From: Minisyncoccota bacterium
Lineage (GTDB): Bacteria; Patescibacteriota; Minisyncoccia; Phycocordibacterales; Phycocordibacteraceae
Reading direction: 5' to 3'
Assembly: GCA_035525885.1 (NCBI GenBank)
Contig: DATLDL010000039.1
Location: 1 to 36,489 of the forward strand
Length of the DNA stretch: 36,489 bases
Shown here: piece after piece, positions 24,851 through 33,268 of the stretch
How positions within the stretch are numbered: position 1 is the first letter of the stretch
How the letters are laid out: each line of letters begins with the position of its first letter
Program-made: the position numbers and the translations under genes
Notes under the pieces: model-generated
The model's input: only the letters and a program-made list of their open reading frames with translations
Told to the model about the DNA's origin: nothing
Databases searched by the model: none

Positions 24851-26146
24851 TTACAAAGTTTCGCCTGCCTTGAAGAAAAAGACCATAGCAACCAGAGAAG
24901 CGGCGAGCGCGCTTACGACGCGAGCAATGACTAAACCCCAGAGTCCGCCAAGCACGATGCCTGCAATCAATATGACAATCTGAAGCAGGGGCGTAATGAT
25001 TTTATAGGCATACAACAGTTTGATGTGGCCGTGGGCGACGAGCGCCGTGGTGAAAAATGAGCCGAACATTGCCGCAGTAAGAAAGACATACACCTGCGAA
25101 TACGGGACGGCATCAATATAGCGTGGAAAGAAAAGCGCAAAAAACGAATGGGCAAGCACATTCCAGACTAGGGCAATCACGAGTGCCGCGCCAATGCTGA
25201 TGAACAGTTTGTGCGCGATGGAAGAACGGATTTCCGCATGGGTGCGATTCGCGAATTTAGGAAACGCCGCCGACGTGACGTTTTTAAAGATATCCAGCCT
25301 ATCAGGAACAGCGGTCGCGAAACTATAGAGCGCGAGCGGGCCAGCGCCGAGAAAATGGAACACCAGTATGTTATCGAGCTGGGCGATGGTTGCCGAAAGA
25401 AAGTTCATGGTACTCAGATGGATGCCGTAGGGTATGGCTTCCGGGTCACGGATGTCAGTCGGCTTGAAGGTCCGTAGGGTTTGTCGATGTGCCAGCACAT
25501 AGCCAAGGCACTGCGATACGAGATTGGCAATAAGGAGCGCAAGTGCGGTTGAAACTGAAAACGCCGTACTGATAACTGCAAGATAATAAGGAGCATTGAT
25601 AAACAGACTGTATAAGAAGCTGCGCCGGAAATCTCTTTTTGCAGTGAGATAGGCCCCATACGTATTGAGTGTCGTATTGAGAGGGACGAAAATACCGAGC
25701 ACAATAAGACCGATACCGAGGGTGGCATTGCCGTGCACGAGATAGTACGCGCTTGCGACCCATGCGCCGATCGTAGGAATGATTCCCCATAGGAGCTGCA
25801 CGCGGATTGACTCTCGAAACGATCCTTCGAAGCCGCGGGCAACGGCACGAATGACGGCGGTGCTCATGCCAGTCAGAGTGAACGAGGCAACGATCGTTCC
25901 TATCGAGAGCAGGTATTGGTAGGTCCCATACACCTCTTTCGGGACCACGCGCGCGAATACCAGATACAGTCCGAATGAGGCGATCGCGATAAAAACGGAA
26001 TTGGCCTGCATCCAAAAACCGCTCTCGGCAAGATAGACCATATCCGTCTTCGTGTAGCGTTCGCTCCACCGTAAGAAGCGGTAGAGGCGTTCCTGTATGC
26101 GGGTATACATATATATAAGCAGCCGCTCGTGCTGGTATCGTACCAT
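24851..26146 (-). CDS. Wzx-type oligosaccharide/polysaccharide flippase (MOP superfamily)
   Basis: 431 aa with about 12-14 TM helices. The N-terminal region YLAESGFWMQANSVFIAIASFGLYLVFARVVPKEVYGTYQYLLSI is typical of Wzx-like proteins. The start could instead be Met13 at 26110. Confidence 0.75.
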   Translation of the reverse strand: MVRYQHERLLIYMYTRIQERLYRFLRWSERYTKTDMVYLAESGFWMQANSVFIAIASFGLYLVFARVVPKEVYGTYQYLLSIGTIVASFTLTGMSTAVIRAVARGFEGSFRESIRVQLLWGIIPTIGAWVASAYYLVHGNATLGIGLIVLGIFVPLNTTLNTYGAYLTAKRDFRRSFLYSLFINAPYYLAVISTAFSVSTALALLIANLVSQCLGYVLAHRQTLRTFKPTDIRDPEAIPYGIHLSTMNFLSATIAQLDNILVFHFLGAGPLALYSFATAVPDRLDIFKNVTSAAFPKFANRTHAEIRSSIAHKLFISIGAALVIALVWNVLAHSFFALFFPRYIDAVPYSQVYVFLTAAMFGSFFTTALVAHGHIKLLYAYKIITPLLQIVILIAGIVLGGLWGLVIARVVSALAASLVAMVFFFKAGETL

Positions 26147-26155
26147 CTACAACTA

Positions 26156-26161
26156 AGGATA
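26156..26161 (-). promoter_or_regulatory. weak candidate -10 box TATCCT, 9 nt upstream of ATG 26146
   Basis: The minus strand reads TATCCT-TAGTTGTAG-ATG. Confidence 0.25.
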
Positions 26162-26191
26162 GGCGGCGGCGAGTTACGCGGCTTTTCATCG

Positions 26192-26200
26192 TGGTATAGT
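26192..26200 (+). promoter_or_regulatory. candidate extended -10 (TGgTATAGT), 7 nt upstream of ATG 26208 (leaderless-type)
   Basis: TGGTATAGT at 26192-26200, a 7-nt gap (gccgaac), then ATG. The track start GTG 26199 lies inside the -10 box. Confidence 0.5.
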
Positions 26201-26207
26201 GCCGAAC

Positions 26208-28370
26208 ATGCAGGCAAAACGAGTTGCAGAATGGGCAGCGTTAGGCGCGCTGTTCCTTATACCGCTCACGCCCCTCATTGTTGCCAACTCTTTTTTCTTT
26301 CCGTTCATTACCGGAAAGGCCTTTTATTTCCGGATCATGGTCGAAATCGCCACTGCGGCGTGGGCAGTGCTTGCGGTACTTGATAAGGCGTACCGGCCTC
26401 GGTTTTCGTGGATCGGCGCAACCGTACTTGGCTTTGTCGTCTGGATGTTCATTGCAGACGTGTTTGCGGTAAATACGCTGAAGGCGTTCTGGAGCAACTT
26501 TGAGCGTATGGAGGGATGGGTGCTCGTCATACATCTCGGTGTCTTCTTTGTCGTTTCGTCATCCGTGCTTCGTGTGAAATCAAAATGGCGCGCATGGTTC
26601 CTTGCATCGCTTGCGGTCTCGGTCGTGCTCGTCGTGCATGCGCTCTTCCAGCTCATGGGGCTCGCCGATATTCACCAAGGATCGACACGCATCGATTCAT
26701 CGCTTGGGAATTCCGCATATTTTGCGGTCTATCTTCTCTTCAATGTATTTCTTGCCGGATGGCTTGCATTGACTGAGACACGTCCTTGGTTGAAACGCGC
26801 CCTCCTTGCGCTTGCGGGTATTGAAGCGATACTCATTTTCTTTACCGAAACGCGCGGTACCGTACTCGCGCTTCTTGGCGGTGTGCTGCTCGCTTCACTT
26901 CTGACTGCGCTCACGGCGGACGGACGCGCGCGGCGGTACGCAGCGGGGGCGTTCATACTGATTGCGCTCATCGCAAGTGGCTTCTACCTTGCGCGTAACT
27001 CATCAGTCATTCAAGAAAATCGTGTGCTCCAGCGCATCGGCTCCATTTCTCTAAATGACGGTAAAGTGCGGTTCACCATCTGGCATATGGCATGGCAAGG
27101 ATTTCAAGAAAATCCCATGCTTGGCTGGGGTCAGGAAGGATTCAATTATGTATTCAATACATACTACGATCCCGCGCTCTATAAGCAGGAACCGTGGTTT
27201 GATCGTGCACACAATGCATTTATTGACTGGCTCATGGCCGGCGGACTCCCTGCGCTCATGCTCTACCTCGCCTTATTTGGAACGGCGATCACGCTATTGT
27301 GGACCAACTCCAGCTTGTCGCGGCCAGAACGCATTGCGCTCACGGCCGCACTCGCTGGCTATGCGTGTCACAATTTCTTCGTGTTCGACAATTTGTATTC
27401 CTATATCTATTTCTTCTCTATCCTTGCGCTTATCGATAGTCAGGTAAGCAGGCCGATTCCGCTTTTTGAGCGGATGGCGGCAGCAGAGGAGAGTCAAGGT
27501 ACGGTCCCGCTTGCGATTGGGACCGCACTCGCGCTCGGGCTTATCTATTTCATTAATGTGTCGGGCATGACGGTAGCGAGCAATCTTATCGTTGCGATTT
27601 CTCCGTCTTCGTCTGGTGCTGAGGGAAATCTTGCCACCTTTCAGAATCTCTTGCAGCACCCGTCCTTTGCAGCACAAGAGGTACGGGAACAGCTCGTTTC
27701 GATTGCGGCAGGCGTGGCAGGTGATGCCGCCACATCCGAAACGGTGAAAAAGCAATTTGCTGCGTTTGCTATTAGCGAAGTGCAAAAGCAAGACGCAGCG
27801 CATCCTGGAGATGCACGCACGGTCTTGCAGCTTGCCGCCGCGTATCGCACCGCAGGGGACTTACCTGATGCGTTGAAGGAAGTACGTGAAGCAAGCGCGC
27901 TCTCTCCGGGTAAGGAGCAAATTTTCATTCAAGCAGCAGCAACGGAGTGGGATCTGGGAGATACGGCCGCAGCAAAAATAGATTTTGAAAAAGCGTATGC
28001 GCTCGGCCCTCAGTTTCCTGATCTGGCTGCATATGCCGCTGCGGGGAACATCGTCGTGGGAGACGCGGCACGTGCGCAATCGCTCTTGCTCGATGCGTTC
28101 GGTACGACGACCGTCGATAGTGAAATTCTGGCTTATGCGTATTACCAAGTGAAAGATTTTCCGCGCCTGATTGCCGTGTGGCGCTTGCGTACGGCGCAAC
28201 CGGACGCGCCGATCGATTCATGGTTTGGGCTCGCTGCCGCATATTTCTTATCCGGAAATAAGCCAAAAGCGATTGCGGTCGTGAACGAAGCGGTTGCACT
28301 GCATCCGGAGGCGGCAGAGCAAGCCAAGGCAGTCATTGCCCAGATTGAAACTACCTCCGTGCCGCAATGA
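26208..28370 (+). CDS. Wzy_C-domain protein (O-antigen ligase / polymerase / O-oligosaccharyltransferase family) with a C-terminal TPR-like domain
   Basis: About 720 aa. The N-terminal ~440 aa are polytopic, with the family-typical FTETRGTVLALLGGVLL segment and a large loop that follows it. The C-terminal ~250 aa are Ala-rich helical repeats (AAAYRTAGDLPDALKEVREA, AKIDFEKAYALGPQFPD). Confidence 0.75.
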   Translation: MQAKRVAEWAALGALFLIPLTPLIVANSFFFPFITGKAFYFRIMVEIATAAWAVLAVLDKAYRPRFSWIGATVLGFVVWMFIADVFAVNTLKAFWSNFERMEGWVLVIHLGVFFVVSSSVLRVKSKWRAWFLASLAVSVVLVVHALFQLMGLADIHQGSTRIDSSLGNSAYFAVYLLFNVFLAGWLALTETRPWLKRALLALAGIEAILIFFTETRGTVLALLGGVLLASLLTALTADGRARRYAAGAFILIALIASGFYLARNSSVIQENRVLQRIGSISLNDGKVRFTIWHMAWQGFQENPMLGWGQEGFNYVFNTYYDPALYKQEPWFDRAHNAFIDWLMAGGLPALMLYLALFGTAITLLWTNSSLSRPERIALTAALAGYACHNFFVFDNLYSYIYFFSILALIDSQVSRPIPLFERMAAAEESQGTVPLAIGTALALGLIYFINVSGMTVASNLIVAISPSSSGAEGNLATFQNLLQHPSFAAQEVREQLVSIAAGVAGDAATSETVKKQFAAFAISEVQKQDAAHPGDARTVLQLAAAYRTAGDLPDALKEVREASALSPGKEQIFIQAAATEWDLGDTAAAKIDFEKAYALGPQFPDLAAYAAAGNIVVGDAARAQSLLLDAFGTTTVDSEILAYAYYQVKDFPRLIAVWRLRTAQPDAPIDSWFGLAAAYFLSGNKPKAIAVVNEAVALHPEAAEQAKAVIAQIETTSVPQ

Positions 28371-29383
28371 TTCAGGAACACGTTCCTCTCGCCCCACATA
28401 CCACTTTTAAGATTGGAGGAGCGGCACGTTTTTTCGCAAGCGTTTCAGATTTGCGCGAGGCCGAAGATGCTGTGGCGTATGCCGCCCTGCATCAGGTACC
28501 CGTACGCGTGCTCGGCGGTGGCTCCAACGTTCTCGTGAGCGATATGGGTGTCGATGCGCTCGTGCTCGCGTACGGAGCGAAACAGATTTCGTTCGTACCG
28601 CATGGTGATACGGTGCATGTGGTTGCTGATGCGGGTGCTCCGTGGGACGAGCTCGTGTCTGCGGCGAGTGCGCGGGGACTCTGGGGTACTGAAAACCTCG
28701 CCGATATCCCAGGAACCGTAGGGGGCGCGCTCGTGCAGAACATCGGCGCCTATGGCGCCGAACTGAAAGACATATTCGTGGAGGCAGAAGTGCTCCACCT
28801 GCCAAGCAGCACGCAGCGCGTTATTACTAAAAACGAAGCAGGGTTCGGCTACCGCACGAGTTTGTTTAAAAAACAGCCGGAGTTTCTCATCATGCGCGCG
28901 ACGCTCGCGCTTGCGCCGCTAGGTATGCCGCAGCTCTCCTACCCGGATCTCGTAAAGGCCAATGAGCGCGGGGAAGTACTTAGGACGCCAACTGAGATTG
29001 CGGAGGCGGTGCGCCGTATCCGTCGTGGCAAATTTCCGAATCTGGATGAAGAGGGTACTGCGGGCTCATTTTTTAAAAACCCAATCGTGAGCGCCGAACA
29101 GGCCGCACGGCTTACGGAACAGTTCCCTGAACTCAGGCAATTCCCGCACAAAGACGGACTGGTGAAAGTATCGCTCGCGTGGATTCTTGATCATGTGCTG
29201 CATCTGAATGGTTTTGCTATGGGCCATGCACGTCTTTTTGAACGACAACCGCTCGTGATTGCTACGTCATTTGGTGCAACTGCCGAAGAAGTTGAAAATC
29301 TCGGCGCCGAAATTGCGAAGCGTGTATTCGATGCAACTGGCATTGCGATTGAGCGCGAAGTTGAATCGTTCAAACTAAAATAA
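28367..29383 (+). CDS. murB: UDP-N-acetylenolpyruvoylglucosamine reductase
   Basis: 338 aa with an ATGA overlap onto the upstream gene. HTTFKIGGAARFF and VLGGGSNVLVSD (FAD-binding domain) are present, along with a MurB C-terminal domain. Confidence 0.9.
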   Translation: MIQEHVPLAPHTTFKIGGAARFFASVSDLREAEDAVAYAALHQVPVRVLGGGSNVLVSDMGVDALVLAYGAKQISFVPHGDTVHVVADAGAPWDELVSAASARGLWGTENLADIPGTVGGALVQNIGAYGAELKDIFVEAEVLHLPSSTQRVITKNEAGFGYRTSLFKKQPEFLIMRATLALAPLGMPQLSYPDLVKANERGEVLRTPTEIAEAVRRIRRGKFPNLDEEGTAGSFFKNPIVSAEQAARLTEQFPELRQFPHKDGLVKVSLAWILDHVLHLNGFAMGHARLFERQPLVIATSFGATAEEVENLGAEIAKRVFDATGIAIEREVESFKLK

Positions 29384-29419
29384 TTTTTTGCAAAGAGTTT
29401 TTTAGAAAAGTTATCCACA

Positions 29420-29450
29420 TGCAGCGCAACTTTCGCTGCAATTTTTTTTT
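29420..29450 (+). terminator. rho-independent terminator after murB
   Basis: TGCAGCG (29420-29426) pairs with CGCTGCA (29434-29440) around a 7-nt loop. A run of nine T follows at 29442-29450. Confidence 0.65.
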
Positions 29451-29540
29451 AATCGCGCAATAATTAACTTTAGAAACGTTTGCACATCGTATGTTGTGTA
29501 AACGGGTCGACCTATCAGCCAACCGTAATACACAACTATC

Positions 29541-29624
29541 ATGGCAAAGAAAAAGATGAAGAAGGCAAAGAAGACCACTAAGCGCAAGGCAAGCAAGAAG
29601 AAGGCAACGAAGCGCCGCCGCTAG
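29541..29624 (+). CDS. small Lys/Arg-rich protein (27 aa), unannotated candidate
   Basis: The ATG..TAG ORF encodes MAKKKMKKAKKTTKRKASKKKATKRRR, with 19 of 27 residues basic. It lies between two plus-oriented terminators. It falls below the ORF-track length cutoff. Confidence 0.4.
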   Translation: MAKKKMKKAKKTTKRKASKKKATKRRR

Positions 29625-29633
29625 TTTCTCTTC

Positions 29634-29664
29634 AAAAACACCTCCCCTCGGGGAGGTGTTTTTG
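29634..29664 (+). terminator. rho-independent terminator (potentially bidirectional)
   Basis: ACACCTCCCC (29638-29647) pairs with GGGGAGGTGT (29650-29659). An upstream A-run and a downstream TTTTT flank the hairpin. Confidence 0.75.
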
Positions 29665-29688
29665 TATATATGCCTCTCGAAAGCAAAA

Positions 29689-29697
29689 TGCTATAGT
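29689..29697 (+). promoter_or_regulatory. candidate extended -10 (TGcTATAGT), 9 nt upstream of secA ATG 29707
   Basis: TGCTATAGT at 29689-29697, a 9-nt gap (gcccccact), then ATG. There is no SD. Confidence 0.45.
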
Positions 29698-29706
29698 GCC
29701 CCCACT

Positions 29707-32244
29707 ATGGCCAGCTTCCTGTCGAAGCTTTTTTCGAAGAACCAATCAGCTGCTTTTTTGAAAGCGGCTGAGACGGTCGTGGCTGCCGCAGGGGCGCTTG
29801 AAGACGGAATTCAGAAGCTTTCTGACGCCGATCTCATTGAGAAGGTTACAGAAGTGCGAGCGCGTTCAGCCAAAGGCGTATCTGAAGCGGATCTCCCCAC
29901 TGTCTTTGCGCTCGTTCGCGAAGCGGCACGCCGTACGCTCGGTCAACGCCACTATGACGTGCAGCTCATGGGCGGACTAGCGCTCACGCAAGGGAAAATC
30001 GCTGAAATGCGAACCGGAGAAGGAAAGACACTCGTCGCAACGTTAGCAGTCTCCGCTGCCGCACTGGCGGGCAAAGGGGTGCACGTCGTCACGGTCAATG
30101 ACTATTTGGCGCGACGCGACGGTGCGTGGATGGGGCAGGTGTATGCCGCGCTCGGCCTTTCAGTCGGCGTCGTCACCTCGACGGGTGCGTATCGCTATGA
30201 CGCGTCGCATGTTGAAAAGAAAGAAGATGCGGAGCGTGATGCGCAAGGATCCTTCCGCGTGTTCTACGACTATCTGCGTCCCGTGACGAAAAAAGAAGCG
30301 TATGCCACAGATGTTACCTACGCGACTAACAACGAGCTCGGTTTTGATTATTTGCGCGACAACACTGCGTATGATATTTCGCAGATCAGTCAGCGTAGTC
30401 ATGCGTATGCCATTGTCGACGAGATCGACTCGATCTTGATTGACGAAGCGCGCACGCCGCTCATTATTTCCGGTCCTGCCGGTGATTCTGAAAAACTATA
30501 CGAACGCTTTGCGGACATTACGCGGGACTTCAAAGAGAACGAAGATTATACGGTTGATGAGAAGCAGCGCGCTGTGCAGCTCACCGAACAAGGCATGCAA
30601 AAGGCTGAGACCGCGCTTGGCATGGATAACCTCTATACGGAAGGCGGCATGAAATATGCGCATCATTTGGAAACGGCCGTGCGCGCTAAGGCGCTCTTCC
30701 GTAAAGACAAGGAGTACGTCGTTCGAGATGGCGAAATCCTGATCGTTGATGAATTTACCGGTCGTATGCAGCCAGGCCGTAGATGGTCAGAAGGGCTGCA
30801 CCAGGCCGTTGAAGCAAAAGAGGGAATGGAGGTAAAAGCGGAAACGCGTACTTATGCGAGCGTCACGTTCCAAAATTATTTCCGTATGTACGAGAATCTT
30901 GCCGGCATGACTGGTACCGCGCTTTCTTCGGAAGAAGAGTTTTATACCGTATACGGACTCGACGTAGTCGTGGTGCCAACGCACATGGCGATTGCGCGTA
31001 AGGATTTCGATGATCTTATCTTTCAAACAGCGGCAGGGAAGTATCGTGCGGTTGCGCGTGACGTGAAGGCGCGGCATGAGAAGGGACAGCCGGTGCTTGT
31101 TGGAACAGTGTCTGTTGAAGACAACGAAGCGGTAAGCAGTTATTTGCGCGATGCGGGTATTCCGCACGAGCTGTTGAATGCTAAAAACCACGAACGTGAA
31201 GGAGAAATCATTGCGCAGGCAGGCCGAAAGGGGCGGGTCACGGTCGCAACCAATCTCGCCGGGCGCGGAGTCGACATTAAGCTTGGCGGCGATCCGACCG
31301 ATCAGACGGAGCGCGAAGATATCTTGAAAGTGGGCGGACTTGCGGTACTTGGTACCGAGCGACATGATGCGCGCCGCATCGACAATCAGTTGCGCGGTCG
31401 CTCAGGCCGCCAGGGTGATCCGGGTGAAACTCGGTTTTATGTATCGCTTGAAGACAAGCTCATGCGCGTGTTTGCGTCCGAAACCCTCAAAAAGGTCATG
31501 GGTTCGTTCGGTATTCCCGAAGATGAGGCGATTGAGAGCTCGATGATTACCAAATCGCTCGAAACGGCGCAAACCCGCATTGAAGGATTTAACTTCGATT
31601 CGCGTAAACAGGTGTTGGCATACGACGACGTCATGAATACGCAGCGCCTCGCTATCTACGCGCGCCGACGCGCCGCACTCCTTGGTACCCCGGAAGAGGT
31701 AACTGTTACTATCGATGAACTGATTGCCGGAGACGATGCGGCGCGCGTGGCGCTTGAATCTAAGAAAACTGAACTGGGAGCCGACCGGGTCATTATTCTG
31801 TTGCGCCGCCTACTCCTTCAGGTGATTGACACGTTTTGGCTTGAGCATTTGGAAACGATGGATTACCTTCGCCGTTCGGTTTCTCTGCGCGCGTACGGTC
31901 AGCGTGATCCTTTGATTGAGTATCGTCGCGAAGGACTTGCGCGCTATCGCGACCTCGAAGCACGCATCAGCGAAACGGTGCGCAAGACCATTCCAACGAT
32001 CGCGCCAGCCGACGATGCGCGCATCCGCGCCGAAGAACAAAAGACGCGCGCAAAGTTGGTTGCCGTAGGTGCCGAAGAGGGCGGTGCGCCGCAGCCCATC
32101 ATGAAGAATCAGCAGTACGGTCGTAACGATCTCGTGACTATCAAAAAGGGCGAGGAAACGCAGACGCTTAAATTTAAAAAAGCAGAGCCGCTCATCGCGA
32201 TTGGTTGGGAATTAGTCACTCCGGAAGATTCGCGATCAAACTGA
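29707..32244 (+). CDS. secA: preprotein translocase ATPase SecA
   Basis: Walker A is MRTGEGKTLVATL. The DEAD-like motif is VDEIDSILIDEARTPLIISG. TNLAGRGVDIKLGG is also present. I placed the start at ATG 29707 (MASFLSKLF) because the track start GTG 29656 lies inside the terminator hairpin. Confidence 0.95.
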   Translation: MASFLSKLFSKNQSAAFLKAAETVVAAAGALEDGIQKLSDADLIEKVTEVRARSAKGVSEADLPTVFALVREAARRTLGQRHYDVQLMGGLALTQGKIAEMRTGEGKTLVATLAVSAAALAGKGVHVVTVNDYLARRDGAWMGQVYAALGLSVGVVTSTGAYRYDASHVEKKEDAERDAQGSFRVFYDYLRPVTKKEAYATDVTYATNNELGFDYLRDNTAYDISQISQRSHAYAIVDEIDSILIDEARTPLIISGPAGDSEKLYERFADITRDFKENEDYTVDEKQRAVQLTEQGMQKAETALGMDNLYTEGGMKYAHHLETAVRAKALFRKDKEYVVRDGEILIVDEFTGRMQPGRRWSEGLHQAVEAKEGMEVKAETRTYASVTFQNYFRMYENLAGMTGTALSSEEEFYTVYGLDVVVVPTHMAIARKDFDDLIFQTAAGKYRAVARDVKARHEKGQPVLVGTVSVEDNEAVSSYLRDAGIPHELLNAKNHEREGEIIAQAGRKGRVTVATNLAGRGVDIKLGGDPTDQTEREDILKVGGLAVLGTERHDARRIDNQLRGRSGRQGDPGETRFYVSLEDKLMRVFASETLKKVMGSFGIPEDEAIESSMITKSLETAQTRIEGFNFDSRKQVLAYDDVMNTQRLAIYARRRAALLGTPEEVTVTIDELIAGDDAARVALESKKTELGADRVIILLRRLLLQVIDTFWLEHLETMDYLRRSVSLRAYGQRDPLIEYRREGLARYRDLEARISETVRKTIPTIAPADDARIRAEEQKTRAKLVAVGAEEGGAPQPIMKNQQYGRNDLVTIKKGEETQTLKFKKAEPLIAIGWELVTPEDSRSN

Positions 32245-32290
32245 AACAGGTTCGAACAGAATTGGTATCTATGCTAGGGTGCATTTATAT

Positions 32291-33268
32291 ATGGCATTTG
32301 TTGATGACATAAAGATTGATGCGGCTGCCGGAAAGGGCGGCGACGGTGTCGTACGCTGGATTCATATTAAAGGTACGGACAAGGGTGGCCCAGGAGGAGG
32401 TGACGGTGGTCGCGGCGGCGATGTCATCCTTCTTGGTGTTCACGATCTTGCAGCGCTTGCGAATTACCGTTACGAAAAGAAGTTTCGTGCAGAAAATGGC
32501 GAAGCAGGTGGAAACGAGCTCTGCCATGGCGGCGACGGTAAATCCATCATGCTGAAAGTGCCGGTAGGCACGGTTGCTACAGTCATTGAGACCGGAGAGA
32601 CCCATGAAATCACCAAAGAAGGCGAGCAAATCGTTCTGTTCAAGGGAGGAGGAGGGGGAAAGGGAAATGCCCGTTTTAAGGGTTCAACAAACCAAAATCC
32701 CTTCCATGCGACTCCAGGTAAGCCCGGAGGAGCGGGAGATGTGCAATTCACACTTAAGCTTATTGCGGATGCTGGTCTCGTTGGCCTGCCTAACGCAGGG
32801 AAATCATCGCTCCTGAATGGCCTTACTCGAGCAAAGTCTAAAGTGGGTTCGTATGCCTTTACTACACTCGAACCGGCACTCGGAAGCTTCCATGGACGTA
32901 TCCTTGCAGACATCCCCGGTCTCATTGAAGGTGCCTCGACTGGACGAGGTCTTGGAACTAAGTTTTTAAAACATATAGAAAGAACAGGAATTATCTTTCA
33001 TCTCGTCTCGGCAACCCAAGATGACCCCGTTGCAGCATATAGGGAGGTGCGCAAAGAACTTGAGTCATTTGGACATGCACTTGGTGAAAAGAAGGAGATA
33101 GTGGTCCTGTCCAAAATTGACCTTATTGATGAAGCCGAGCGAGAAACAAAAGTTGAGCTTCTGAAGCGCGAGACGGGCAGGGAAGTGCTTGAAGTAAGCG
33201 TTGAGGACCCGAAAGTCCTGAAAAAGTTCTCCGATCACCTCGCCAAACTCCTCCCCTCTGAAAAATAA
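32291..33268 (+). CDS. obg: GTPase Obg/CgtA
   Basis: The Obg fold N-domain is FVDDIKIDAAAGKGGDGVV with Gly-rich repeats. G1 is GLVGLPNAGKSSLLN and G3 is DIPGLIEGAS. The start is ATG 32291 (MAFVDD). There is no extended C-terminal domain. Confidence 0.9.
   Translation: MAFVDDIKIDAAAGKGGDGVVRWIHIKGTDKGGPGGGDGGRGGDVILLGVHDLAALANYRYEKKFRAENGEAGGNELCHGGDGKSIMLKVPVGTVATVIETGETHEITKEGEQIVLFKGGGGGKGNARFKGSTNQNPFHATPGKPGGAGDVQFTLKLIADAGLVGLPNAGKSSLLNGLTRAKSKVGSYAFTTLEPALGSFHGRILADIPGLIEGASTGRGLGTKFLKHIERTGIIFHLVSATQDDPVAAYREVRKELESFGHALGEKKEIVVLSKIDLIDEAERETKVELLKRETGREVLEVSVEDPKVLKKFSDHLAKLLPSEK

Noticed and set aside
29411-29596. 61-aa hydrophobic minus-strand ORF (MLALRLVVFFAFFIFFFAMIVVYYGW...)
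   Set aside because: It is the reverse-complement mirror of the AAG/AAA-rich small ORF, because Lys codons read as Phe/Leu on the other strand. It also runs through the plus-oriented murB terminator hairpin. I see no promoter for it.
29656-29706. Upstream start codons from the ORF track: secA GTG 29656, and likewise 5574, 8332, 11273, 11466, 18688, 21007, 21759, 26199 and 32279
   Set aside because: These extensions fall inside terminator hairpins or -10 boxes, overlap the neighbouring gene, or add non-conserved residues ahead of canonical N-termini. Downstream ATG or GTG codons fit better, through ATGA coupling, SD spacing or conserved N-terminal motifs.
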